Source of the DNA: Trichinella spiralis
Taxonomy: Eukaryota
Assembly: GCF_000181795.1 (NCBI RefSeq)
Contig: NW_003526941.1
Span: forward strand, 1-64,000
Direction of reading: 5' to 3'
Length of the DNA: 64,000 bases
Program-made: the position numbers and the translations under genes
The notes under the pieces: model-generated
Database searches by the model: none
What the model was told of the DNA's origin: nothing
What the model saw: the letters and a program-made list of their open reading frames with translations, nothing else
In this document: piece after piece, positions 27,701 through 41,400 of the stretch
Position numbering within the stretch: position 1 is the first letter of the stretch
Layout: every line of letters begins with the position of its first letter

Positions 27701-29474
27701 ACAATGTAACACCCATAAATATTATTTTATCAACAACCATCTCTTGACTCATGGAATCAATTCCTAGCATCTGCGCCTTTCCAATTTGTTGATACAACTT
27801 TCGTTGCCAATGGCTTTTATCAAATACATCCTCCTGAAATGAATCAATGTTCTTGCTATAACAGTCGACACGGGTTCCAAATTACCTGATCTGGAACAGC
27901 AAGACTGGAAGAAATATATTCTTTTATTTTTTCATCATTTTCTTTCTGCAATAATGAATAGTAACAATGAAATAAAAGAAGGGATTTTCGCTCGAGTAGT
28001 TGTCATTCACTTTCATATATTTTTCTTTGACTTTTTGCAATAAATCCAACTCTCTACCACCAAAGACACTCAAACCAACAGGAAGAAGCCGTTTTAAGCA
28101 AGCAACCACAATGCTGCCAGAATCTTTTTCTCGCCTCTTGCCCTCGCGTCGTTTCTTTTTCCGAAATGCAACAGCAGCTTTGCCCGTCTTTCGACTTGTT
28201 CCAGTCATAAAGTCACTTTCAAATTGTGTTATGAAATTCAACTCTTCCCTTTTCATGTGCTGTAATTACAAATTAATTACAAATCATCTAATAATTCTAG
28301 ACGGTTGAACACTTGAAATTATTATTATTATTTTATCATCAATCAACAAACGCCATTACAATTATCATGAGAAATTTACTAATTATGCCAACATAATACA
28401 AAATAAACCATTTTGAATTTCTTTCATTTTATAACTTGATATTTTACTCATCCGAAATCTTACCTGAGATGTTGACCAGAGTTTAAAGACAAATGCAACA
28501 TGTTCAAATAATGCATTTGTTTCCCAACATGGATTTTTCAGCCAACGTGCTCTAAATATTAATGTACTTAGTAAGCGTCTAAAAATTTCACCTGAGTAGC
28601 ACGATCTGCACGAAATAAACAAATAAACATACTAATGCACTAATTTCATTTAAATTCCATTCTAATAACATCAATACAATAATGCAAATTATGCAAATTG
28701 TATACAGCAAGTTGTATAATAAGATGCTATACGTTAAAGTAGTTATAATTAATGAAACGCAAGTACTGCTTTAAAATTTTATACTGCACGGTCAACCTAT
28801 AATGAAATTTTCATCATTTAGATTTTTTAATTCCTTTATTCTCTATTTTTTTATTGCTTTTCAATTAAATGTTCATATTTAAATTTTATACGTTTCATTT
28901 TTGAAATCATCCTCTTTGAATTTCGATTAGTTCGAATTACCTGTGCAAATCAGTGAACTTTATAAGAATCGGATACAAGGCATAAACATCACGTATAAGT
29001 ATGGAGTGCAGCTAAAATCAAACAGCCAAGTAATAAAAACAACCCATGAGGTTTCTATTCATAAAATCATCAATTTACCAACAAAAATTAATCCACGTCA
29101 TAAACTAAAAACTACTGTACTGTCAAAAGAGAAACGCAATTGATAAAAAAAAGTATTTCTTTAATTAATAATGCTTAATTATTAAATTAAAGAATTACAT
29201 ACCGCATTAACCAGATTAATTAAATATAAATGTAATGCATATTACTTCAATTACTGTCGATTCATCAAAAACATCAGGATGCATCCGATGTTTTTCTTCC
29301 TCTTTAAAAGCAAGATCTGCTTGCATTCGCACTTTCTCAGCCATGGGTAACAAGTAATCACGGACGGGTTCAATCGTCACGTAATTTATCATTGGAGTAA
29401 TAAAAGCTAAATAAAAGTCATGAAAAATCATATATACATCAGATATGATCCAGTTTCAAAAATATTAATTTCGA
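15725..29474. repeat. Segmental direct repeat, copy 2 (gap-free; continuous with the full RyR gene)
   Basis: Same alignment as copy 1; contains the sequence that is N-masked in copy 1. Confidence 0.97.
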
Positions 29475-32400
29475 ATTTTCCTCAATTTTTATTAAACTAA
29501 TAAACAATTCATAATTGTTCAGGCTGAAGTTCTCCATAGTTACATTTCAAGTTATACATAAACTGAAAAAAGGACACAAGCATATTATTTGCAAATTAAT
29601 TAAATAATAGAAAAAAATTAAATTTCCTTCTTACGAGCTAAATGGCATATCCAATCCGCATGCGCAATGCCGATGTGATCACAAATTAATCTTGAACAAG
29701 CTGAAAACAGTCGATTTATATGGTCGCTTGAAACTGCAGAAAGGTTCTTTCTAAAATATATTTCATACAGCATCATAATGCACACAAAAATGAATTGTAT
29801 TAACTCTTGGGTATTATTTGTTGGACCATGTTGCCACCAAAAACTCATATAGCTGCAAAGCATTGGTATATCAACATCAAATATTGCTGGGGCATCTTGG
29901 TATTTCCCATTTGTATTGGAAAGTTGTTCAATATTTGACAACAGATTATCCAAGGAAGGAATGTTCAGTAATAATGAACTTGAGGTATCTAAAAGAAATA
30001 AATAATGAATATTTCCTGTTAATGCTTTGTTATCAATTCACTTCATTCCGTAATATTAACAAAAAAGAAAGCAACAATGATTTCAAAGTTCAAATCAGTT
30101 TCTAAACTTTGCATAGCTTAAACTAAACAACTGTCTAATATTTCAAAATTTTCATTCATTCAAATGCCACCATATTGTAAAAACTTATTGATCATAAAAT
30201 GAACATATTCAAATTATTTACTGAAAGTGATTTGATAAAATTATGTATTTGGTATTTCAATGAGTTCGTATTATGTAATCCCTCACGTACCCAAACCCTA
30301 ATAGCACGCCCATGCACACCATGCACTGCATATCACGGCGCAAAGATTTCAAACAAAAAATACCTTTAGATTCTGACAGTAAATGTTGCCTATCGACTGT
30401 TGAACCACGGCTATTGGGATTGAAATCACCTTCCAAAAATGCTACTGGGAAACAACACGCAAATGCACTGAGACATTGACCAATTGATGATCGATGTCTA
30501 AAAAATAAATAACAATAATAAAACAAGCAATTCATTGCACTACAATTCACTTTTCCATTTCTTCTTTAACAGATTTTCGACTGATTGTTATTGGAGAAGC
30601 CAACATATACAAACAGTCGGCAATTTTGTAACACCCAACTTGAATGTCGTTGACTAAAATTTAAAAAAAAAATTTTCAGTCACCATAATTATTGCATATG
30701 CCTAAAACTTTGTTGTTTCAACCAGACAATTATTGACAATCTTACAGATAAATGAAACACGTGATAAACAAAATATAAAACATTGTATTCGTCAAGTATT
30801 CAATACATAATAAATAACAGAGGCCTGTAACCTAAAAAATCTTGCCCATGACCATGTTTGGAAAGATGACAAAATAACGTGGTCAACAGTGGAAGCATTG
30901 CTTCGTACAAAAATAACAAGCTTGATGTACAAGGAAGTGTTTTTCCTTTAATTTCAGCATAACGACCATTGTTTCTAATTTCTTTAGTGATATTCATTAA
31001 ATCTGAAACCATATTGGATAAAAAAATTTGAGCACAGGTTCGCAGTGTGTCAGAGTTGATTTTCACAAGAGATCTAAAACAAAGCAATTATGACATTGTG
31101 ACAATTTAAAATAATCTTATATGTATTGCAAATTTTCTGCAAATCAGCATTTATATATATGCACGTATACATTGAGCTCTTTCGTAGATACCTGAAGTCT
31201 ATAGCTTGAAGCAAAACTTGAAGACACCGAACAGTTGATTTAACGTGACATCCAAAAGCATTGTGCTTGCTTCGAAATACTGACATCAAGCGATGAAAAA
31301 GCCTACAATTTCACATAATACAAATTTTCTTGTTAAACATTTTTCACGTTAATGGTGAATAATTCCATACCCTGCAACCATTTCCTTTTCTTTTATTGAT
31401 GCAACTCCACTTAGTGAAGCACTGCTTGCAGCTGTGAAATAATTTCGATGAGAACGAAAGTAAGATTCCAGCAAAGGCAAAAGTACCTTTAACAAACAGA
31501 ATATTAAATTTATGGCAAGAATTATGTCATCTGTAACCTTTCCAAAAAATTTCACATCTTCACTGGGCAATGTGTAATTTCTGTAACGCGAAAACTGTTT
31601 GCTTGGTTTTATCACTTCCATTTTTTGGGCAGCGTTTTCCAAATATGCCAGCAATTTTTCCAATAAATTGCATGCAAATCTTTTCTCTACTGGCCGATGT
31701 GTGTTTGAATCGACCACTGTCTGTTGATATTCTTCTCTAGCTCTATGCAACGGACTATAAATCAAGATGTTGCAATAGTCAACACAACATGTATCTTTTC
31801 AGCACGTGAATACTAATTAAGTATACCTTTTTAAACGAAAACCATGATATTGAAGAAACTTCAATACTTCTTGAGCGCGAAAACGATGCTTACGTTTCTC
31901 ACTGTCTGCAAGAATATCCCATGGTACAAGAAGAACCATTATTCCAGTATCTGAAAAGAATTCATAAAAATTGCACTAGTCTTTCACTTTTAAAAACAAT
32001 ATTTTAAAATATTCACCAACTATCTTAACTTTTATTATGGCTTATAGAATTTAACATTTGCATGGTAACTAACATTGAATTTCCTTAATAAAGAAATTTC
32101 TCTTAAAAAATTTAATTCGTGAATGTAAGAGATGCATTATGTAAGAGGAAAATTAAATCGCTTACATTGCAGTAAAGTCATCGTTAAATGAAATAAATTT
32201 GAAAGCACTTAACATTGAATTTGAAGGGGACAATCAATTTTCAACTTTATCTTACTTGCATCATTTAAGTCTTCTATTGTTTTTGATACCCAAATTAAGT
32301 GCGAATTTTCCGCTATTCGTTCCGCTAATTCGCACATCTCTTCGGAGAGAGTCATGTTTGACAAATCAATCGGCTGCGGACAAAACACTGAAGCACTGCG

Positions 32401-35400
32401 TACATTTGATGTAGGGTTCATCGACTTTGGTTGAACACTGCTGACTTGTGTTTCTTGCTCAATGGAATAACCCCAGGCTAATAGTGCTTTCAAACATTCA
32501 GAACATCTTTCCTTGTAAAAATTTTGTTCCTGAAATAATTTTCTGACGTCAATTTCAAAATCAGATGAAAGCAAAACTTTATTCAACATACAAATTCCTT
32601 CAGCATTCCAAATGGCTTAAGTCGAGGATGAGTGCAATTTGTGCGGCTGTATATATCGTCATTCCTCCAGCCTTTCTCCAACTAAACAGCAACAACATGA
32701 AATCTAAGTTGTTAACTGTTAATTTCTCTCACTTTACGACTGGCCCAAGAATCATGAAAATGTTGTGCAAATCGTTGTACCAAATTTTGCAAATTAACAC
32801 TCAACTGAACGTTAGATGCATCAACGGGATGAGGCCTCCATACTTCCATATGGCCAGAGGGAACATTCATATTTTGAATTTCTTCTTCTGCATACGACTG
32901 CATCGCGTAATCTGGAGACAGCGCAGATCCTATTGCTGTTAAACATGGCAAAGCGCTGGCGAAAAGATCAGAATCAAACGCCTAACAATAACAATGTGAT
33001 ATGATATAATATTATACAATATAATACAATACAATACAATATAAGACAATAATATAAAAATGTTACACATAATTTAATAAACTTATTTAAAGTTTACAAT
33101 AAACACTTCATTTCTCTGTAACCAGGCTTTTAAATATTTCGTGTCTTAAAAAAAATTCATTCATTCATTTATTGCACAAATTATTACCCTTTTTCCGAGT
33201 GAATCAAATATCGTTGTAAACAAAAGCATTGACAACCGTTTTTGCTCTTCACTTGCCGTATCTTCATGCATCGAAATACCATAATGTTTGCTGAAACATT
33301 CATAGTGCTGAGTCATTATCTAAAAACAAATTAAAAATAAACACATTAACATTTTCATTTAAACAAAGCGGAAACCTGAAGCGGAACAGTTGCAAATTCA
33401 TTCAGTGAGGATATATCAACAACAACTTTTTGAAGAAGCTTTTTCATCATTCCAGGATGAATTTCCCTAAAAATGACATTTCATAAAACAAACAATAAAC
33501 ATATAATAACAATTCGAATTAAATAAAAAATTCAATAAATTCATTACTTGGTAAAAGCAAGCAAAAATTCAGTAATTGCTGATCGCTGAGATTTAGTCAG
33601 AGATTTAATTTTGCTCATTCGATAAACTGTATGCAAAGTGGCTTCGAGTAACGAATAGTAATGTTCAGCATCAGCAAAACAATGTGCGTGACTGGTTAGC
33701 AAAGGTAAAACAGAACCACACAAATATCGGTTCAATGCAAGTGCCAAATCTGATTCAGCGTAAGCCGGCTAAAGTATAATTGAAATTATATATTTAAAAA
33801 ATAGTGTACTCAAAGAGTGTAATGAGTAATAGTAATGAGTAATAATAAGTAATAATAATAATAATAATAGTGTGATGAGCTTGAACGACAGGTTAAAACA
33901 GAAATAATAATTTATAAAGGCCCAATTGATTATTCATTGATTGAGTGCTTAGTTTAAAGTTAATGAACTGACGTGATCTAAAATAGTCGCTGCCCGAAAA
34001 TCCAAAATAAAGCTTTGCTCCAGTAAACGGAAGACCATTTCTTTATCAATCAAGCCATAGACACGTTCAAGGAACAGCAGAATGGATTGCTTATGACATG
34101 GAAGTAAACCAATGGAAGAACTTCGAGAACCTAAACATAATTTTATTCAGTATTTATTATATTTTAAAATTTACAATTCAATCTTTGTGTTAACAAACAG
34201 TTTTCAAACTTACTTTCTTCCTTTGCAGCAAAAACATTTGGAAGCAAAAAGCGTAAAGCCAGAATAGCTTCCAAATCTTCTACTGAGGTAAGAGATCGTA
34301 ATATCGAACGAAGTCTCACAGACTCTCCTTTACCACTTTTTACCGTCATATGATCAGGAGCGCATTTCCCGAGCAAATCCGCAAGACTTGAATAGAAGCC
34401 CAATATAGCAGCGCCGAGATCAATGTAGTCCTCTTCTTCAATTTCAGGATTTGGATAGTGAGATAAATCAAAATTAAATCGACTACGTAAATCTCTTCCT
34501 TTGTGCAAGTTGTTGATTTCACTTGATAATGAAATAGCATCTTTAAATGCACGAAATAAGCCTTCGCCTTGCCCTTTAAGAGCTGGACCAAGACATTCTG
34601 GTCGACGAATAAGAAGACGAATTACTAAATTGGCATTTTCCTCTACACACTCTCCTACAACATTTTTATTTTCACAACTTCTTCAAATCAACTACTTATC
34701 GTTCATTTCATTACCGTTAACCCATACGCAAAATCGAAGAAAATCAACATAACGCTCTCCTTCCACAGGATCCCATCCTATATCTGGATAACCTTTGAAA
34801 ACCATTTCCGCATTAGCCTGCACAACAAATACAGTCACAACTTGTTAAATATTTTAATTTTATACTTGAAACTGTAAACTTTTAAGAATTTTATTCATTA
34901 AATAATTTCAATTTACAATAGAATCAAATGAAATGATAAGTGAATATCTGTGGCCACGATGACAGTTCTCTATTATTTATTATTCTATGCTATCAAGCTT
35001 ATTAATTGAATTTTTCAACTAATTTACATTTTTTATAACATTTAATTATTGACACAACTAAAATCAAAATTAATTACTATGCCTTACTACTGCTAAACTC
35101 TAATAGAACTATATATCACTGTTTAATAAATAATTATGACATAATATTAACAAACCTGCAAACCGCATCGCGATAAATAGAATGCCACTTTTTCCAAGTC
35201 GTCTTCTTTCAAAGCCAAAGCTAGTTCACTATTTTCCATAAATGAGTAATACGCAACATCAAGTGGAACTGATCCTCGTAAACTTGGCTTTGCCAAAAGC
35301 ATCGTAGCATTGTCGAGTAAAAATGGCAAATGTTCAAACATAGCCGCCTGATTTTTCGTAGAAGAACGACAAATAAAGCATAGGAATTTGCAGCATGCTA

Positions 35401-38400
35401 CTACCAAATCTGATATGCTATTCTAAAAAGAACCCGACTTTTTAAGTAAATGAACAATTGCAATAAAATACATAATATATACTGCAAAGCCACCTGAAAA
35501 GCCTTTTTTACATCATCTTGCGTAGAACGATTTCTTCGATCATCAAGTTCACTTTTCTGCGCTCGACTTAGCACATTTACCATTATTGTCATAACATTTT
35601 CATGCACTTTAAGCAAACGCATCAAATCAGGATGTTGAAAAAAAACTTTGTTATTCATCATGTCCCTGCAATAAAATAATGCATTGAACATGAAAAAAAA
35701 TAATTAATGAATAATTTTTTTTTCTTTTATAAATAAATCATTGCAGCAACATTGCAAAGGCACACTGAACTCTCAAAACAGCGCAAATTAAACTGCTTCA
35801 GTATATTTTTCATTGTTCAATTAATATCCCACTCTGTAACATTCATCTTTCTATGTAAACCAAATTCAAAAACATTTCAAAGCCTTTATTTATATCAGCG
35901 TTTAAGCTGATCAAAACAAGTATATTAAAGTGTTTTAAAATAACTGAAAACCACCATATAAATTTAAGGATTACAATTTTCAAAAAGCAAAGAAAAATAC
36001 CAAAGAGAATTTTTCAAAACTTCTTCTTCAGTCGCTTCGAATTGCACGCATAGCAAACGCCTAATTTGACATAAATTATCCAAAAATGACTGCACATCCT
36101 CAATGCTGCGTTCATGAATACAGTATGCAGTTTTCAAAGCACTTTTCATCTAAAATTTCAAAAAAAAATATTATGACATACGATTCGTATACAACGTGCA
36201 TTTTAAATAAATGCTTTTCTTCAAAATAAAATCAATACTTCACTAATACGGGTATACTGCCGAAGTAAAAGTCCAAAAATTTCCCGAATCAAATTAGGAT
36301 CATCAATTGCTTTATTACCAGTCCACTTAATCAGCGTTGACAAAATTATATTTCGGAAAGCCTCTGAACATGATTCAAAAAAAATTGATATTGTATAAAA
36401 AAACAATTCCTGATTTACCTTCACCATCAAATTTTATCCTTTCATCTTCGGATAATAATGCAGGGGGTACAGGTACTACCATCCATGCTAATTTTTCAAC
36501 CCAATTCATATTTTCACTTTCTAACTGCTTTTGCTATAAGAATTAATCAAGCTTTTAAAACTGAAATATTTACAATTGCTATTAAGATTACAATGATGAC
36601 CTTCCTAATGCAACATATTATTTAATTAAAAAAATAAAATTTTGCATGATGTTGAAAAAATGTAAATTAATTACGCAACATTACATTGCGTACTAAATAG
36701 ATAGATAACATCAAATTACACTACATAAAATCAATAAAACAGCATCCACTGCTGTATAAAAATTTATGTTCAAGATAAATTCCGTCTGATTAGAGCTGCT
36801 AACAGACAATCAGAGATATACACTTCGTGTGAAATCTGTTTGTATATATCATGCAGCTGCTTGTTTGTTAATAAATTTCTGCAACTCAGTGATAATCAGT
36901 TGCTAAAAATATTTAAAAGAGACCACAATAAGATTACAGCACAATTAATTTCACACAATATTAAAGAGTATTAGGATGTTTCAATTACAAGCACATATTT
37001 AAAAGATAATCTGAAAAATAATAATTAATAAAAACCAGTTGAATTAAATCTAAGCAAAGCGTTTTTACTTCTACATTTGCCGAATAATTGTCATCATTTT
37101 TGTCAGAGTTCCCAATAAATTTCACCATGTTGCAATGAAATTCACGTAAAACACGTTGCAAAAATTCAGACATCGCGCTAACTTCTAATTCGCCTTCTTC
37201 GTCAGTTTGCTCATCTCTGTCAGCTTTAAAATCCAATAATTTCAGCATCTATAATATATACAGTTATTTTTTTGAAATCTTTCATATAAATTGTACTTGT
37301 TCTTTCGGTGGACAACGAAACTCCTTCGTTTTACGCGCTGCTTCTGCCGAAGGCATGTCTGTTTGCTTTATTTCCAAATATCTGCGTAACTGATCCTAAA
37401 AGACAATAACCAAACATAACCCTCAAATAATTGAAACACAAATTGCTCTTTTCGAAAATTTCATCTAATGCACATGCATTTTGTGTTTCTCCAACAAATG
37501 TCTCAGCAAAATTAATAAGAGACTCCACTCGTCCTTGAAGCTGCAAATCACACAAATGATTCATAATATGGCACAATTCAAGCTGAACCATTTCATCCAA
37601 ATCAAGATCCACTAATCCTTTGACATTTTGTGCTGCAAAGAAAAAATTACTGCATTGCCTCCTACAATGAGAAAACTCAACTTACGTGAGTCCAGCGTTT
37701 CTTGAAAACTTTTTGGATTTAGCAAACGAAAAAATCGATGTATGTCCGTGTCAGATAAAACTCCCACAAGAAGCAATGTATCAAACAGTTTAAGAATTGG
37801 TCTAAAATTGCGGCTCAAATGTTTAAATACTACTTAATTAGTACTGAAATTTTTATTATTTTCATACAGAAAATGGGTGGTATTTGTACCACCAATTAAA
37901 TCCCGTGAATTCATTAATGCTTCCAAAGTTGCTTCTTCCAATGCATCAACAACATACTGCTTCAGCGTGTGAAAATCAAATGTTGGACTCATCAAAAACT
38001 TTTCATCTTCAGTACTTATTCTTAATTAGACAAGCTTACATTTATTTTAAATATACTTTACATTGCACAAAATACTTTTTCTTCACTTCCATCACGTTTA
38101 TAGATGATTTAAGAGTAATATCTGAATTCAGTGCGTGTGGATATACACTTTTTGTTTCATAATTAAAGTAATTTCGGTCTTTCAACTTAGCATTTAAAGG
38201 AATTATGTATTCGTGAGATTCAGCCAAGCTAAAAGTAAAACAAGTAAAATAATCATTAACAATTTTTTACATTTTTCAGCTTACCGAGCATCATAATGGC
38301 ACTTCAAATGAATGGCAATTAAAACATCATAAAAGCAACGGCGAAGAGAGCCTGATAAATCTAAATAATTAATGAAATTCTTATTATTATCAAAATAAAA

Positions 38401-41400
38401 TGTTCATTTATTTTGTTTAATTTACAGCATAAATTTTCCAAGTTAAACATTGAACATTTACGGTGAAAAAGATTTTCACAATAAAATCCATTATTCAAAC
38501 TTACATTTGCTCTGTATGGCATACATCAACTGATCTTCGTCAACATGTTGGCATAGAATATGAGCAATTTTGAAATTTCCTTGAGCACATAAAGAACAGT
38601 AGAGTCGCAGAGTCTGCTGATGAAAAGTGCAAAGACTTTCATGCTCAGCCAATTCTAAAATGTCAATGCTGCTGTCGCGTTCGGGAACGTAAAGCATCAT
38701 TGTCCGAACTAGAAGTTATACAAATATAACTTTGTAAAATTGTATTAATTTCAATTAAAGGTTTACCTAAATCGTCGCACAGTACACTCCATCCGCGAGT
38801 ATCAGAGAGCTTTAAAGAAGTTACACGAGCGCATTGATCAGGTACTCGAAGCCAAGTTCGTGTCTTGCAAATTTCCATTTTGAGTCTCGGTGGACACATT
38901 AACTGCACTGCATTGCTGCGCTCGTTTAACTGAGCTGACGCAATTGGAAGAGTTTTCTTTATAAAGAATAATTAATTATTTAAAGAAAATCCTCCATTAT
39001 CATTTCACAACATACCTCAATATTGCCCAATTCAAATTGCAAAACTTCTCGGCTAGTGGGTAATACAAACACAGCAGGATACAATATTGTTCCCGGTTCC
39101 ACGCGATAAGACATTTCAGTTTGTTTGCCGTTTACATGAAATTTCAGTTCTCCAGTTGCAGTGTTTATTAAACATCCTGCAAGGATACCTGCCATTTTTG
39201 ATACGTTTGAACTTCCTCCAGCTGCTGTCAGCAATTCCATACCATTCACAATGTAGCAACTTCTAAATTCTTGTCTAAAACATAAAATTCATTACAGCGA
39301 CTAAAAACAATACTGTTTCCAATAGAATGCAACAATGCAGCAATGTTTTCAAATAGAAACAAAGCGTTTAAGTAAAAAAAGGAAACATATGATGTAAACA
39401 AAATAAAATAAAATAAAATAAAAAGCAATAGAATATTTCCTAATTATTTCATAGATTATAATTTTAAAAGTTGTTTTTTCTTAATTTTGATATTCGAACA
39501 ACTCTTTTCATAACATAAATCTCCTAAGTTGAACTAACAATACTGATTGAATTATATTACCAAATAAATGAACGTCAATCAATTAACTTACATATTATCA
39601 AGTGTGCCGTGTGTAGATTCTAAAAAACAGATTCGCTGCGAATCTGCAGCAATCTGAGAACCAGTAAAAGAAAATTGTGGCGTCAACCATCCTATCCAAA
39701 TATTAGCCAGATCCTGTCCAGGAAAAACACGTACTCCAAAGTAATAGTCATCAGGAGTAGAATAAAAGCTAACAGATGCGCCAATGGATACATGTTGATT
39801 TCCTGATGGAGCAGATAATTTTGACGCTTCAACAAGCAAATCATGTCCACTGCTGAAGTAGTTTGATCGCTTTTTAACTTTACTGTCTGACTCAAGACGA
39901 ATTACAGTAGGTCTTCTACCAGGACCACTTTTTGGCATGTCCAATGATTCTGTGGAGTCCACATCGGCAACTCTATCATCCAGTTTGCGACTGTTTAAAT
40001 GGCCTGATGGAAATTTATCATTTTCATCACTTCGAATTTTAGACTTCGATGCGCAAGCTTCTTGCAATTTCCGGGCATCTAAAAGTTCTCGTCCAATAAA
40101 GAGTATTTTCATAATGTTCACAAGTTTATTTCTTTATTACTCTGCTTTCGACTTCTTCCTACACTAACATCGCGCATTCGTTGCCCAAATGACTGCAGAA
40201 CTTTAAAAGGCCTGAGATTTCTTTTTGTGTTACTGACAGCATAACTTGCAGAAATTTTATCTTGTGAATCTATGGATTCTTTTTCTTTCAAATTGGCCTC
40301 GCTAGCAGAAGATCTGAAAGCAATGTTTTTAGCATACTAAAACTTTTTAAAGAATTTACTGAATTTTAAATACATTTAAATAAATATATGAAAAATTTGA
40401 ATGATTTCAATTTTTAATGAATGAATGAAATTAATTTCGAAATTTTAACAATGTTTATAAGAATTTCCAAAGCCTAACCTGAGTCTTGGGGCTTTCCTAA
40501 AGCGGTTTTCTGTTACTTCTGCAGAATCTTCATCGAGACTAAACGTTTTCTGAACAAGATAGTTGCTCTTCATTACAGCATGATTGCTAGCTTCATATTG
40601 ATCTGCATAATTATGCTGATCATGAAATGAAATATTTTCATCTTGATTTCGGCTGCTTCTGATGCCTTTCATTTTACCACGCCGACTGCTCTCTGCAATT
40701 CGGTCGGATTCACAGTTTCGTTTGCCAGCATTCCGTTCTGAAAGCGTTTCCGTGAAATACTGGTTGCACACCCTGGAAATACAAATATTAAAAATGCAGT
40801 GGAAGCTGTCTATGTATACGCATTATCATTACAACTACAACACAAGATTTCTTTCACTTCATCATTTTTGTATAATTATTATTTCAACAACTACCTGTTA
40901 TCATTCGCTTCCTTGCAAAACACGGGCAAATTTAAACGAAATAGAGCTAGACTGCATCGCTCTAGCATTCCAGCACTTTTGCATTGAAGTTTCAAACAAG
41001 GGGGGTTATCACCACTCTGAGGAATGCGTGTTACCTTAAAGCGCTTTTCTTGTTCGTTAATTTCATCAAATTCTGCTTCGTATTTTGCAATCCACATTGG
41101 CGCCTGACGCGACATTCGGCTATAGAAAGCATATTAATTAAACGGGTTTCCATTGCAGTAAATTACAGATTATTTTAATCTAAAATTTTTTACATGCAAA
41201 ACGGCTCGTATCCTTCTTGAAGACCACAAGTGGTATAATACTTTAATGTGTTCACATTCTGACCACAGTTGAGTCTTCCAATTTGACCTGGTGCTAAAGA
41301 AAAGGCAGGAACAAATCCTGAAAACACAAAAACACTAAAATACTCAATTCTAAAACGACTACATTAACTGACCATCTTCAGCAGACACATTGTCAAACGC

